Shown here: positions 19,148 to 28,000 of the stretch, piece by piece | Numbering within the stretch: the stretch's first letter is position 1 | How the letters are laid out: each line of letters starts with the position of its first letter | Source: Erysipelotrichaceae bacterium | Lineage (GTDB): Bacteria; Bacillota_I; Bacilli_A; Erysipelotrichales; Erysipelotrichaceae | Direction of reading: 5' to 3' | DNA length: 32,000 bases | Assembly: GCA_963663995.1 (NCBI GenBank) | Contig: OY760660.1 | Coordinates: 1,170,001-1,202,000, forward strand | Program-made: the position numbers and the translations under genes | The notes under the pieces: model-generated | Told to the model about the DNA's origin: nothing | Database searches by the model: none | Seen by the model: the letters and a program-made list of their open reading frames with translations, nothing else

Positions 19148-20332
19148 CTACTTAATGATGGAAACAACGTTTCCAGCACCAACAGTACGTCCACCTTCAC
19201 GGATTGAGAAAGTAGTACCTTGTTCAATCGCGATAGGAGCAATCAATGAAACTTCCATTTCAACGTTGTCACCAGGCATAACCATTTCAACACCAGCAGG
19301 TAGTTTGATAACACCAGTAACGTCAGTTGTACGGAAATAGAATTGAGGACGGTAGTTAGCTACGAATGGAGTATGACGTCCACCTTCTTCTTTACTCAAA
19401 ACATAAACTTGTGCTTTGAATTCAGTGTGAGGTGTAACTGAACCAGGTTTACATAAAACTTGTCCACGTTCGATTTCTTCACGGTTAACACCACGTAGTA
19501 ATGCACCAATATTATCACCAGCTTGAGCTGAATCTAATAATTTACGGAACATTTCGATCCCTGTAACAACAGTTTTCTTAGTAGGTTTTAAACCAACGAT
19601 TTCAACTTCTTCAGAAAGTTTTAATAGACCACGTTCAACACGGCCAGTCGCAACAGTACCACGTCCAGTAATTGTGAATACATCTTCAACACTCATTAAG
19701 AATGGTTTGTCAGTTTCACGAACTGGATCTGGAACATAAGCATCAACTGCGTCCATAAGTTCACCAAGTTTTGGTTCCCAAGTAGGATCGCCTTCTCCGC
19801 CTTTAAGAGCTGAACCACGGATAACTGGTGCATTGTCACCATCAAATCCGTTGTCAGATAGAAGTTCACGAACTTCCATTTCAACTAGGTCGATTAATTC
19901 TTCATCATCAACCATGTCGCATTTGTTTAAGAATACAACGATGTGTGGAACACCAACTTGGTGAGCAAGTAGAATGTGTTCACGTGTTTGTGGCATTGGT
20001 CCATCAGTTGCCGCAACAACTAAGATAGCACCATCCATTTGAGCAGCACCTGTAATCATGTTTTTAACATAATCGGCATGCCCTGGGCAGTCAACGTGCG
20101 CATAGTGACGTTTTTCTGTTTGATATTCAACGTGTGCTGTGTTGATGGTGATACCACGAGCTTTTTCTTCTGGTGCACCATCGATTTGGTCGTAAGCCAT
20201 AGCTTTAGCGCCACCTTTTTTAGCTAAATAGCTTGTGATAGCAGCTGTTAATGTAGTTTTACCATGGTCAACGTGACCGATTGTTCCGATATTGACATGA
20301 GTCTTGGAACGGTCAAATTTTTCTTTTGCCAT
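19148..20332 (-). CDS. tuf: elongation factor Tu
   Basis: 394-aa [36 protein letters not shown]...DCPGHADY...NKCD... Confidence 0.99.
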   Translation of the reverse strand: MAKEKFDRSKTHVNIGTIGHVDHGKTTLTAAITSYLAKKGGAKAMAYDQIDGAPEEKARGITINTAHVEYQTEKRHYAHVDCPGHADYVKNMITGAAQMDGAILVVAATDGPMPQTREHILLAHQVGVPHIVVFLNKCDMVDDEELIDLVEMEVRELLSDNGFDGDNAPVIRGSALKGGEGDPTWEPKLGELMDAVDAYVPDPVRETDKPFLMSVEDVFTITGRGTVATGRVERGLLKLSEEVEIVGLKPTKKTVVTGIEMFRKLLDSAQAGDNIGALLRGVNREEIERGQVLCKPGSVTPHTEFKAQVYVLSKEEGGRHTPFVANYRPQFYFRTTDVTGVIKLPAGVEMVMPGDNVEMEVSLIAPIAIEQGTTFSIREGGRTVGAGNVVSIIK

Positions 20333-20373
20333 TTCTTTTGTTCTCCTTTTAGATTTGGTTTAAAAGCAATTTT

Positions 20374-20402
20374 ATTTTAATGCATGACCTTGCTTTATGC
20401 AA
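20374..20402 (-). promoter_or_regulatory. candidate tuf-specific sigma-A promoter in the fusA-tuf spacer
   Basis: Minus strand reads TTGCAT (20397-20402), exact 17-nt spacer, TAAAAT (20374-20379). It starts 5 nt after the fusA stop. Separate tuf promoters are known in other bacteria. Confidence 0.4.
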
Positions 20403-20407
20403 GATGA

Positions 20408-22486
20408 TTAAGCTTCGCTATTCTTTTTAGCGACTTTTTCAGCAATGGATTTTGGTACTTCATTGTAGTGACTAAATTCCATGCCATAGTTACCACGACC
20501 TTGAGTGAATGAACGAAGGTCAGTTGCGTAACCAAACATTTCAGAAAGTGGAATATCAGCTGTAACAACAATTGCATTTCCACGTTCTTCTTGGTCTTTG
20601 ATGGTTCCACGTCTTGAGGAAACATCACCCATTACAGAACCTAAATATTCATTTGGTGCTGTAACTTCAACTTTCATGATTGGTTCTAATAGTTTAGGAT
20701 CACATTTCTTGCCTGCTTCTTTAAGTGCAAGTGAACCCGCCACTTTATAAGCCATTTCACTGGAGTCAACATCATGGTATGAACCGTCAAAGAGAGTCGC
20801 TTTAATATCGATAACTGGGTATCCAGCAATAAGCCCATTTTGTAGAGCTGCTTCAATACCTTCTTTAGTAGGTTTGATAAATTCACGAGGAACACTACCA
20901 CCTACAATCGCATCGATAAATTCAAATCCTTTACCAGTTTCATTTGGTTCAAAACGGACCCAAACGTGTCCATATTGACCACGACCACCAGATTGACGAA
21001 CGAATTTACCTTCACACTCTGCTTTACCACGAATTGTTTCACGGTAAGCAACTTGTGGAGCACCAACGTTTCCTTCAACTTTGAATTCACGTTTCATACG
21101 GTCAACGATAATATCTAAGTGAAGTTCACCCATACCTGCAATAATAGTTTGACCTGTTTCTTGATCGGTATAAGTTTTGAATGTTGGATCTTCTTCAGCC
21201 AACTTAGCTAAAGCGATAGACATCTTATCTTGGTCACCTTTTGACTTAGGCTCAATAGCAATATTGATAACCGGTTCAGGGAAAACCATAGATTCTAAGA
21301 TAATCGGAGCTTTTTCATCACAGAGGGTATCCCCTGTAGTGGTGTCTTTAAGACCAATTGCCGCTGCGATGTCCCCTGAGAATACTTCAGGAATATCTTC
21401 ACGGTGGTTAGCGTGCATTTGAACAATACGTCCAAAACGTTCACGTTTATCCTTAGTTGAGTTTAAGACATAAGAACCAGATGTCATGCTTCCAGAGTAA
21501 ACACGGAAGTAAGTTAAACGACCAATGAATGGGTCAGTCATAACTTTGAATGCAAGTGCTGAGAAAGGTTTACTATCATCAGATTCACGTACATCTTCGA
21601 CTTCAGTATCAGGATTAACACCTTTAATCGCTGGAACATCTAGTGGGGAAGGCAAGTAATCAACAACTGCATCAAGCATTGCGGTTACACCTTTATTTTT
21701 ATAAGCAGAACCACAGAGTACTGGATAGAAATCACCAGTAATAACTGCTTTACGGATAGCTGCTTTGAATTCTGCTTCGGTTGGTTCTTCACCTTCTAAG
21801 ACTTTCATCATTAGATCGTCGTCGAATTCAGCAACCATTTCAAGAAGCGCTTGGCGGTAGTTTTCTACATCTTCCATCATTTCTGTTGGAATATCACCAA
21901 TTGTGTCTTCTTTCTCTTTTAAACCAGAGAAGAGTTTAGCTTTACGTTCAACTAGATCAACCACACCATCGAAATAATTTTCGACACCGATTGGAAGTTG
22001 AAGTGGAGTTGCTTTAGCTCCTAAACGTTTTACAAGAGATCTTGCAGACATATAGAAGTCAGCACCTGTTGCATCCATTTTATTAACGAATACAATACGA
22101 GGAACACGATATTTTGTTGCTTGACGCCAAACTGTTTCAGTTTGTGGTTCAACACCACTCTTTGCATCAAGAACTGCAACCGCGCCATCTAAGACACGTA
22201 GAGAACGTTCAACTTCAACAGTGAAGTCAACGTGCCCTGGAGTATCGATAATGTTAACACGATTACCTTTCCAAGCAGCTGTTGTCGCAGCAGAAGTGAT
22301 TGTAATACCACGTTCTTGTTCTTGCGCCATCCAGTCCATGGTTGCAGCACCATCGTGAACTTCACCGATTTTATGCGTTCTACCTGTGTAATAAAGAATA
22401 CGTTCAGTCGTTGTTGTTTTACCAGCATCGATATGAGCCATAATTCCAATATTACGAGTATTTTCTAACGAATATTCGCGAGCCAT
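20408..22486 (-). CDS. fusA: elongation factor G
   Basis: 692-aa [38 protein letters not shown]...DTPGHVDF...NKMD... Confidence 0.99.
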   Translation of the reverse strand: MAREYSLENTRNIGIMAHIDAGKTTTTERILYYTGRTHKIGEVHDGAATMDWMAQEQERGITITSAATTAAWKGNRVNIIDTPGHVDFTVEVERSLRVLDGAVAVLDAKSGVEPQTETVWRQATKYRVPRIVFVNKMDATGADFYMSARSLVKRLGAKATPLQLPIGVENYFDGVVDLVERKAKLFSGLKEKEDTIGDIPTEMMEDVENYRQALLEMVAEFDDDLMMKVLEGEEPTEAEFKAAIRKAVITGDFYPVLCGSAYKNKGVTAMLDAVVDYLPSPLDVPAIKGVNPDTEVEDVRESDDSKPFSALAFKVMTDPFIGRLTYFRVYSGSMTSGSYVLNSTKDKRERFGRIVQMHANHREDIPEVFSGDIAAAIGLKDTTTGDTLCDEKAPIILESMVFPEPVINIAIEPKSKGDQDKMSIALAKLAEEDPTFKTYTDQETGQTIIAGMGELHLDIIVDRMKREFKVEGNVGAPQVAYRETIRGKAECEGKFVRQSGGRGQYGHVWVRFEPNETGKGFEFIDAIVGGSVPREFIKPTKEGIEAALQNGLIAGYPVIDIKATLFDGSYHDVDSSEMAYKVAGSLALKEAGKKCDPKLLEPIMKVEVTAPNEYLGSVMGDVSSRRGTIKDQEERGNAIVVTADIPLSEMFGYATDLRSFTQGRGNYGMEFSHYNEVPKSIAEKVAKKNSEA

Positions 22487-22522
22487 TAACTAGCCTCCTT
22501 TCCTAACTTTAAATTGTTCATC

Positions 22523-22993
22523 TTACCAACGATAGTGAGCGAATGCTTTATTCGCTTCAGCCATACGATGGATGTCTTCACGTTTTTTAACAGAAGCACC
22601 GGCACCATTTGATGCATCAATGATTTCGTTAGCTAAACGTAATTCCATTGTACGTTCGTTACGTAAACGTGCGTAGTTTACTAACCAACGTAGACCTAAA
22701 GTTAAGCGACGTTCTGCAGAAACTTCTACAGGAACTTGATAGTTAGAACCACCAACACGACGTGCTTTAAGTTCTAACATTGGCATAATGTTTGTTAATG
22801 CGAGTTCGAATACTTCCATTGGTTCACGTCCAGTTTTTTCTTGAACGAGATCGAAAGCATCGTATAGGATGGTTTGCGCGATACCGCGTTTACCATCAAT
22901 CATAATTTTATTAATTAAGCGTGTGACAAGTTTAGAGTTGTAGATTGGATCTATTAAGACATCACGCTTTGCTATATAACCTTTTCTTGGCAT
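22523..22993 (-). CDS. rpsG: 30S ribosomal protein S7
   Basis: 156-aa [43 protein letters not shown]...AFAHYRW. Confidence 0.98.
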   Translation of the reverse strand: MPRKGYIAKRDVLIDPIYNSKLVTRLINKIMIDGKRGIAQTILYDAFDLVQEKTGREPMEVFELALTNIMPMLELKARRVGGSNYQVPVEVSAERRLTLGLRWLVNYARLRNERTMELRLANEIIDASNGAGASVKKREDIHRMAEANKAFAHYRW

Positions 22994-23004
22994 GATTCTT
23001 CTCC

Positions 23005-23418
23005 TTATTGTTTAGGTTTCTTTGCGCCGTATAGTGAACGACTTTGTCTTCTATCGTTAACACCAGCGCAGTCTAATGTTCCACGGATAATGTGGTAACG
23101 TACCCCAGGTAAATCCTTAACACGACCACCACGGATCATGACAACGGAGTGTTCCTGAAGATTATGACCAATTCCAGGGATATACGCTGTAACTTCCATA
23201 CCGTTTGATAAACGTACACGAGCATACTTACGTAAAGCTGAGTTTGGTTTTTTAGGTGTCATTGTACCAACACGAGTACAAACACCACGCTTTTGAGGCG
23301 ATGATAAATCAGTTGGACGACGTTTTAATGAGTTTAAACCACGGTTTAAAGCAGGTGATTTTGACTTATAAGTTTTGTCAGTACGTCCTTGATTTACTAA
23401 TTGATTAATTGTAGGCAT
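23005..23418 (-). CDS. rpsL: 30S ribosomal protein S12
   Basis: 137-aa [15 protein letters not shown]...[33 protein letters not shown]... Confidence 0.98.
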   Translation of the reverse strand: MPTINQLVNQGRTDKTYKSKSPALNRGLNSLKRRPTDLSSPQKRGVCTRVGTMTPKKPNSALRKYARVRLSNGMEVTAYIPGIGHNLQEHSVVMIRGGRVKDLPGVRYHIIRGTLDCAGVNDRRQSRSLYGAKKPKQ

Positions 23419-23516
23419 CTAATCTCCTTTCTTATGCACACGCATCCGGGTGTGCGAAGTCTCTTCCCAAAACGAAAGTTTCCACTTTGGGAAACATTCA
23501 TTGCATAGGCTTATAA

Positions 23517-23545
23517 ATAATAGACCATGACTGAGATTCTGTCAA
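23517..23545 (-). promoter_or_regulatory. candidate sigma-A promoter of the str operon
   Basis: Minus strand reads consensus TTGACA (23540-23545), exact 17-nt spacer, TATTAT (23517-23522). It is followed by a ~95-nt leader with two hairpins before the rpsL ATG. Confidence 0.55.
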
Positions 23546-23567
23546 TATTTTTGGGTTGATAATTTGA

Positions 23568-23858
23568 CTAATTAACTTTCTTCATTGGTAGTAACGCCAT
23601 CATTAAACCTAATCCTAAACCAACGATAAATTGGATCACTGATTCACTTCGATTTATAAGTGATCCAAAGCCGACTAAAACAGCTTCAACAAACAAGGTC
23701 AAGACAAACCATTGAAGTAAATTAACCCAATGATTCTTTCGTTTAATCTGATTCCAAACATAATTGTAAACACCTGTTTTTCTAACAACAACAAGTGAAA
23801 TAATCGTTCCAGTAAATATACCAGCTCCAAATATCAGTGATAATGTAAAACTTCCCAT
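23568..23858 (-). CDS. hypothetical small membrane protein (96 aa, three predicted TM helices)
   Basis: ORF MGSFTLSLIFGAGIFTGTIISLVVV...WVNLLQWFVLTLFVEAVLVGFGSL...FIVGLGLGLMMALLPM with an AAGAGG SD upstream. No recognisable family. Confidence 0.6.
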   Translation of the reverse strand: MGSFTLSLIFGAGIFTGTIISLVVVRKTGVYNYVWNQIKRKNHWVNLLQWFVLTLFVEAVLVGFGSLINRSESVIQFIVGLGLGLMMALLPMKKVN

Positions 23859-23903
23859 TTTCTAATACCTCTTTTCAAATTTGTATCAGTTTACCACTTT
23901 AGT

Positions 23904-23933
23904 TTAAAAAGAAAAAGATGGAATTCCATCTTT
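23904..23933 (-). terminator. rho-independent terminator after the XRE-membrane regulator gene
   Basis: Palindrome aaagatgg-aatt-ccatcttt (23914-23933) overlapping the stop codon, followed on the minus strand by UUUUCUUUUU. Confidence 0.75.
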
Positions 23934-24885
23934 ATCGTGGTTTTTTGAATAAATCAAAGATAATATAGGAAACAATTCCAGCAATTGGCCAAATAATCCA
24001 AGTTATATGCCATTTAAAGGTTAAGAAACTCCATAATAGGTAAGCAGCTGTAATTAATAACCAATATAAAGTCTCATATGGTTCTTTCTTTTGTCTAAAT
24101 AATCGTTGTTCCTCTGTGTATTCACCAATACGAAGGATAACATCTAGTATTTTCTTAATATTCGCTGAGTAAACGATTAGCCCAACTCCAATTGAAATGA
24201 TTAAGAACATTAAAGCAACTAAGTTAATTAATGTACTTTGTGGCCATGCTAAGATTCCGCCAAAGATTAATGGAAGGAAACTTATGATAAACAACATAAT
24301 CGCCCCTGCTAAATAAGTCGCATGATTACGGTTATGCTGTTTAGATTCTTCTTTTACAACATTGATAACACCATACTCTAATTTATATTCTGCTTTTTCT
24401 AAGTATTCATATTCTTTCATTCTCAAATTCACAACAATGATGATTCCAACACCAATGGCGATGAGTCCAAACATAATAACTAATCCAAATGCTGAATAAA
24501 ATGGTGAGTAATATGTATCAAATTGACTCAAAATGATCATCGGTGAAACAGAAATAACAAGTGCGCTTACCGCAAAGGCCAATAACAATGAATACTTGCG
24601 TCTCTTTACAATCGCTTCTCTAACTTCTTCTAGGCTTACTCTTCTAATTGATGATCCTTCCGTATCAGTTTTAACATCGATGCTCTCAATATCATCTTTT
24701 AGTAAATAATCTGTAGATATACCAAAGAAATCGGAGAGTTGAAGAATACGATTCATATCAGGGATGCTCATCGCGCTTTCCCATTTTGAAATAGATTGAC
24801 GAGAAACACCTAGTTTTTCTGCGAGTTCTTCTTGAGAGATATCCATCTCTTTTCTTAGTTTATAAATTTTATCGGCGATTAACAT
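23932..24885 (-). CDS. XRE-family helix-turn-helix regulator fused to a ~6-TM membrane domain
   Basis: N-terminus IYKLRKEMDISQEELAEKLGVSRQSISKWESAMSIPDMNRILQLSDFFGISTDYLL is a classical HTH_3/XRE domain. Residues ~100-317 contain about six hydrophobic helices. AAGGAGG SD upstream. Confidence 0.85.
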   Translation of the reverse strand: MLIADKIYKLRKEMDISQEELAEKLGVSRQSISKWESAMSIPDMNRILQLSDFFGISTDYLLKDDIESIDVKTDTEGSSIRRVSLEEVREAIVKRRKYSLLLAFAVSALVISVSPMIILSQFDTYYSPFYSAFGLVIMFGLIAIGVGIIIVVNLRMKEYEYLEKAEYKLEYGVINVVKEESKQHNRNHATYLAGAIMLFIISFLPLIFGGILAWPQSTLINLVALMFLIISIGVGLIVYSANIKKILDVILRIGEYTEEQRLFRQKKEPYETLYWLLITAAYLLWSFLTFKWHITWIIWPIAGIVSYIIFDLFKKPR

Positions 24886-24992
24886 ATATCTTGCCTCCTT
24901 ACGTTTAAATCTTAAGGTTTAGACGAGTTGCATACTACCAAGTTTGCTTTGAACTTAGCGCAACTAGTGGTTGCATCTTCAGTTTAACATAG

Positions 24993-25017
24993 AAAAAACC
25001 CCCTGTTTAACAGGAGG
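24993..25017 (-). terminator. rho-independent terminator after rpoC
   Basis: Minus-strand RNA CCUCCUGU-UAA-ACAGGGGG (8 bp including one G-U pair) followed by UUUUUU. Starts 14 nt after the rpoC stop. Confidence 0.8.
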
Positions 25018-25031
25018 TTTTAAGGTTTTGA

Positions 25032-28000
25032 CTATTCTTCGTTAGAATCTTCACGAGAATCGCGTAGCATTTCTGGTGGTAAGCTTTGAGCTTCTTCTTC
25101 CATGATTCGATTACGTTCATCACGCTCTTCCTTCATTTCAGCCGCCATTCTTTCAATGCGAACACTTGACTCACGATCAGCAAATGATCCTGTACCAGCA
25201 GGAATCTTCTTACCGATAATAACGTTTTCTTTTAGACCCATTAAGTGATCCACTTTACCTTTGATTGCAGCATCTGTAAGAACTTTAGTTGTTTCTTGGA
25301 AAGACGCAGCAGATAGGAATGAATCTGTTTCAACAGATGACTTAGAAATACCTAAGAGAACTGGTTTGAATTTTGCAGGACGTTTGCCACTTAATAGAGC
25401 TTTACGGTTAAGGTTAGTAATATTAGCTAGAGAGAGTTGGATACCCGCACTTAAGTGTGTATCTTGACCATCTGTAACAACCACTTTACGCATCATTTGT
25501 TTAACCATGACTTCGATGTGTTTGTCTGAGATTTCAATCCCTTGGCTTTGGTATACTTTCTTAACTTCTTTCATGATGTATTCTTGTACAGCATGAACGC
25601 CACCAACTTCTAAGAGTTCTTTTGGATCGATATGATCTTCAGTGAGTTTATCACCTGCTTCAATTTCGTACCCTTCTTTAATCCATGGACGGATATGTTG
25701 AGTCATAGAAGCAAAGTGTTCAACACTTTCTTTTTCGTTGGTAACAACAATCTTCATCAGCAAGTCTTTATTACCACGAGATTCTTGTTCTGTGGATTTA
25801 AAGGATTCTAAATCACGAATATTTTGGAATTTAGACTCTTCGTTACTGATAACAGAGAGTAGATATGAATAGATATTTGGGTCAACCCCTTCAATAGAAG
25901 TGATTGTTCCAGAGATTTTAGAAAGAAGTGCAGGTTTCTTAGGACGACGAGCTTCGAAAAGTTCTTCAACACGAGGTAAACCTTGTGTGATATCCCCACC
26001 GTCTCCACCAGCAACCCCACCAGTATGGAAGGTACGCATGGTTAATTGGGTACCAGGTTCACCAATGGATTGAGCAGCCATAATACCAACTGCTTCACCG
26101 ATTTCAACTTCTTTACCAGTCGCCATATTACGACCGTAACATTTCTTACATACACCATATTGTGAATCACAAGTGAATACATTACGGATAACCGCTGATT
26201 TAACACCAGCTTCTACAACAGATCTTGCTTGTGCTTCAGTGATGAGTGTATCCCCTTCAACAAGTACTTCACCTGTAATAGGATCGATAATATCATCTTT
26301 GAGTGTACGTCCGATTAAACGATCATAAATAGATTCGATAACAGTACCGGTCTTACGATCAACGATATCTGAAATCACTTCACCACGATCAGTTCCGCAA
26401 TCCTCTTCAGTGACCATAACATCTTGAGCAACATCAACTAAACGACGAGTTAAGTAACCAGACTCAGCAGTTTTTAGAGCCGTATCGGTTAGACCTTTAC
26501 GCACACCGTGAGTAGAAATAAAGAACTCAGACACGTTTAGACCATGTCTAAATGATGAGTAGATAGGGACTTCGAAGATTGAGGTGATATATTTACGTTC
26601 ACGTAAAGCCTCAGTCTTAACAGCATCTCGAATTTCAACAGTACTTGAGTCAGCTGCATGAGTGACATCGTTGTCCTTGATTTCAAGGAAACGGTTATAG
26701 CTTAGTTTATTGGAATCGATGAGTTTTTTAGCTAATTCGTAGAAACCATTTTCAAGTTCTAGATCATTCTTAGTGAGTTGATCTAATTCTTCTTGGCTTA
26801 AGTGTTTTAAGATACGTTCACTTTCAGCTTGGATGAGTTTCTTGGATTTCGCAATAAGTTCACGACGTTGATATTTCGCAATGAGCTCAGGTGTAATTTT
26901 TTCTTCTTCGATTAATCCATCAACAACTTGGTTAATTAAAGCCATATCTTTACCTTTTGCTTCAGCTAAGATTTGGTGTTGGATAGGACCAAGTAGTGGT
27001 GTAATTTCATCAGCACTTGAAACAAGCATTTCAATGATGATTGAACGATACTCTAGATTTTCCAAGAACGCTTCATCAACACGATTGTTTTGAACAAGTG
27101 AAGTTGCAGCTGCAGGAATTGTCTTACGCGTTAAGCTTTCAATATCAATGAATTCTTTTATCGTTTCAATGAGTGTATGATTACGGGATTCTAAGAAGCC
27201 AATTGTTTTCTCAATTAAGGACTTGATCAATTGGAACTGTTCTAAGTCATCAAGGGAGAAACGGTTACTATCAAGTAATAAATCAGATAGTTCTTTAATG
27301 GTTTCAGCTTTAAGTTTTTTGTCTTTAGCACCATCGAGTTGATCTTTTTCTTCGTCGCTTAAACGATCTAAGATCATTTCATCATTGGCTTTTAAACCAT
27401 CAATAATCACTTTTCTTAGTTCTGCACGGTCTAAAACATTTTGTGTTAAAGCTTCATTACCCATAAGTTCTTCAACCATTGGTTTGATTTCTTCAGCACG
27501 TTGTTTCTTACCTTTAGCACTTGCTAAGACAAGTTGATCATCTTCAGATAATAAGTTAACGATTTCTTCTGTTCCTAAATTTAAGTGTTCAGTTAGAAGA
27601 GCACGTTTTTCCTTGCGTAAATCACTTTCAAGTTTTTGTAGTTCGCTCATTGATACACGATTTTCATCGACAATTGCTTGAGATAAAGTATTGATGTATT
27701 CTTCGCGATTAGCTTTAAGTGTACGTAAGTTATCAACATCACGATTTGATGTGAGATTCTTGATGAATGGATTTTCTTTTTCAAGATGACGTTTGAGTAG
27801 TTCAGGAACACTCATCGCCATGTGTGCTTGATGGAGATGTTTGATATTTAAATCTTCGCCATTCATTAAGTTAAGCGCAAATTCTTTAAGTTCAGCATGA
27901 TTCTTAGATTTGTTAATCAATCTGAGTTGTTGTCTTTGTTCATTAGACAATACTTCAAGAATCATTTCAGTTTCACGCGCAAGAAGTTCCATCAAGGTTA

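Noticed and set aside
23440-23510. 23-codon leader-peptide ORF (MNVSQSGNFRFGKRLRTPGCVCI) in the str leader
   Set aside because: No Shine-Dalgarno, no attenuator-type terminator downstream and no regulatory codon run. It is most likely a chance ORF.
25950-26036. Trigger-loop (SI3-type) insertion as the explanation for the oversized beta'
   Set aside because: The trigger loop reads [31 protein letters not shown]. It is continuous and short, with at most about 3 extra Gly/Asp residues. The large insertion lies upstream of the bridge helix instead.
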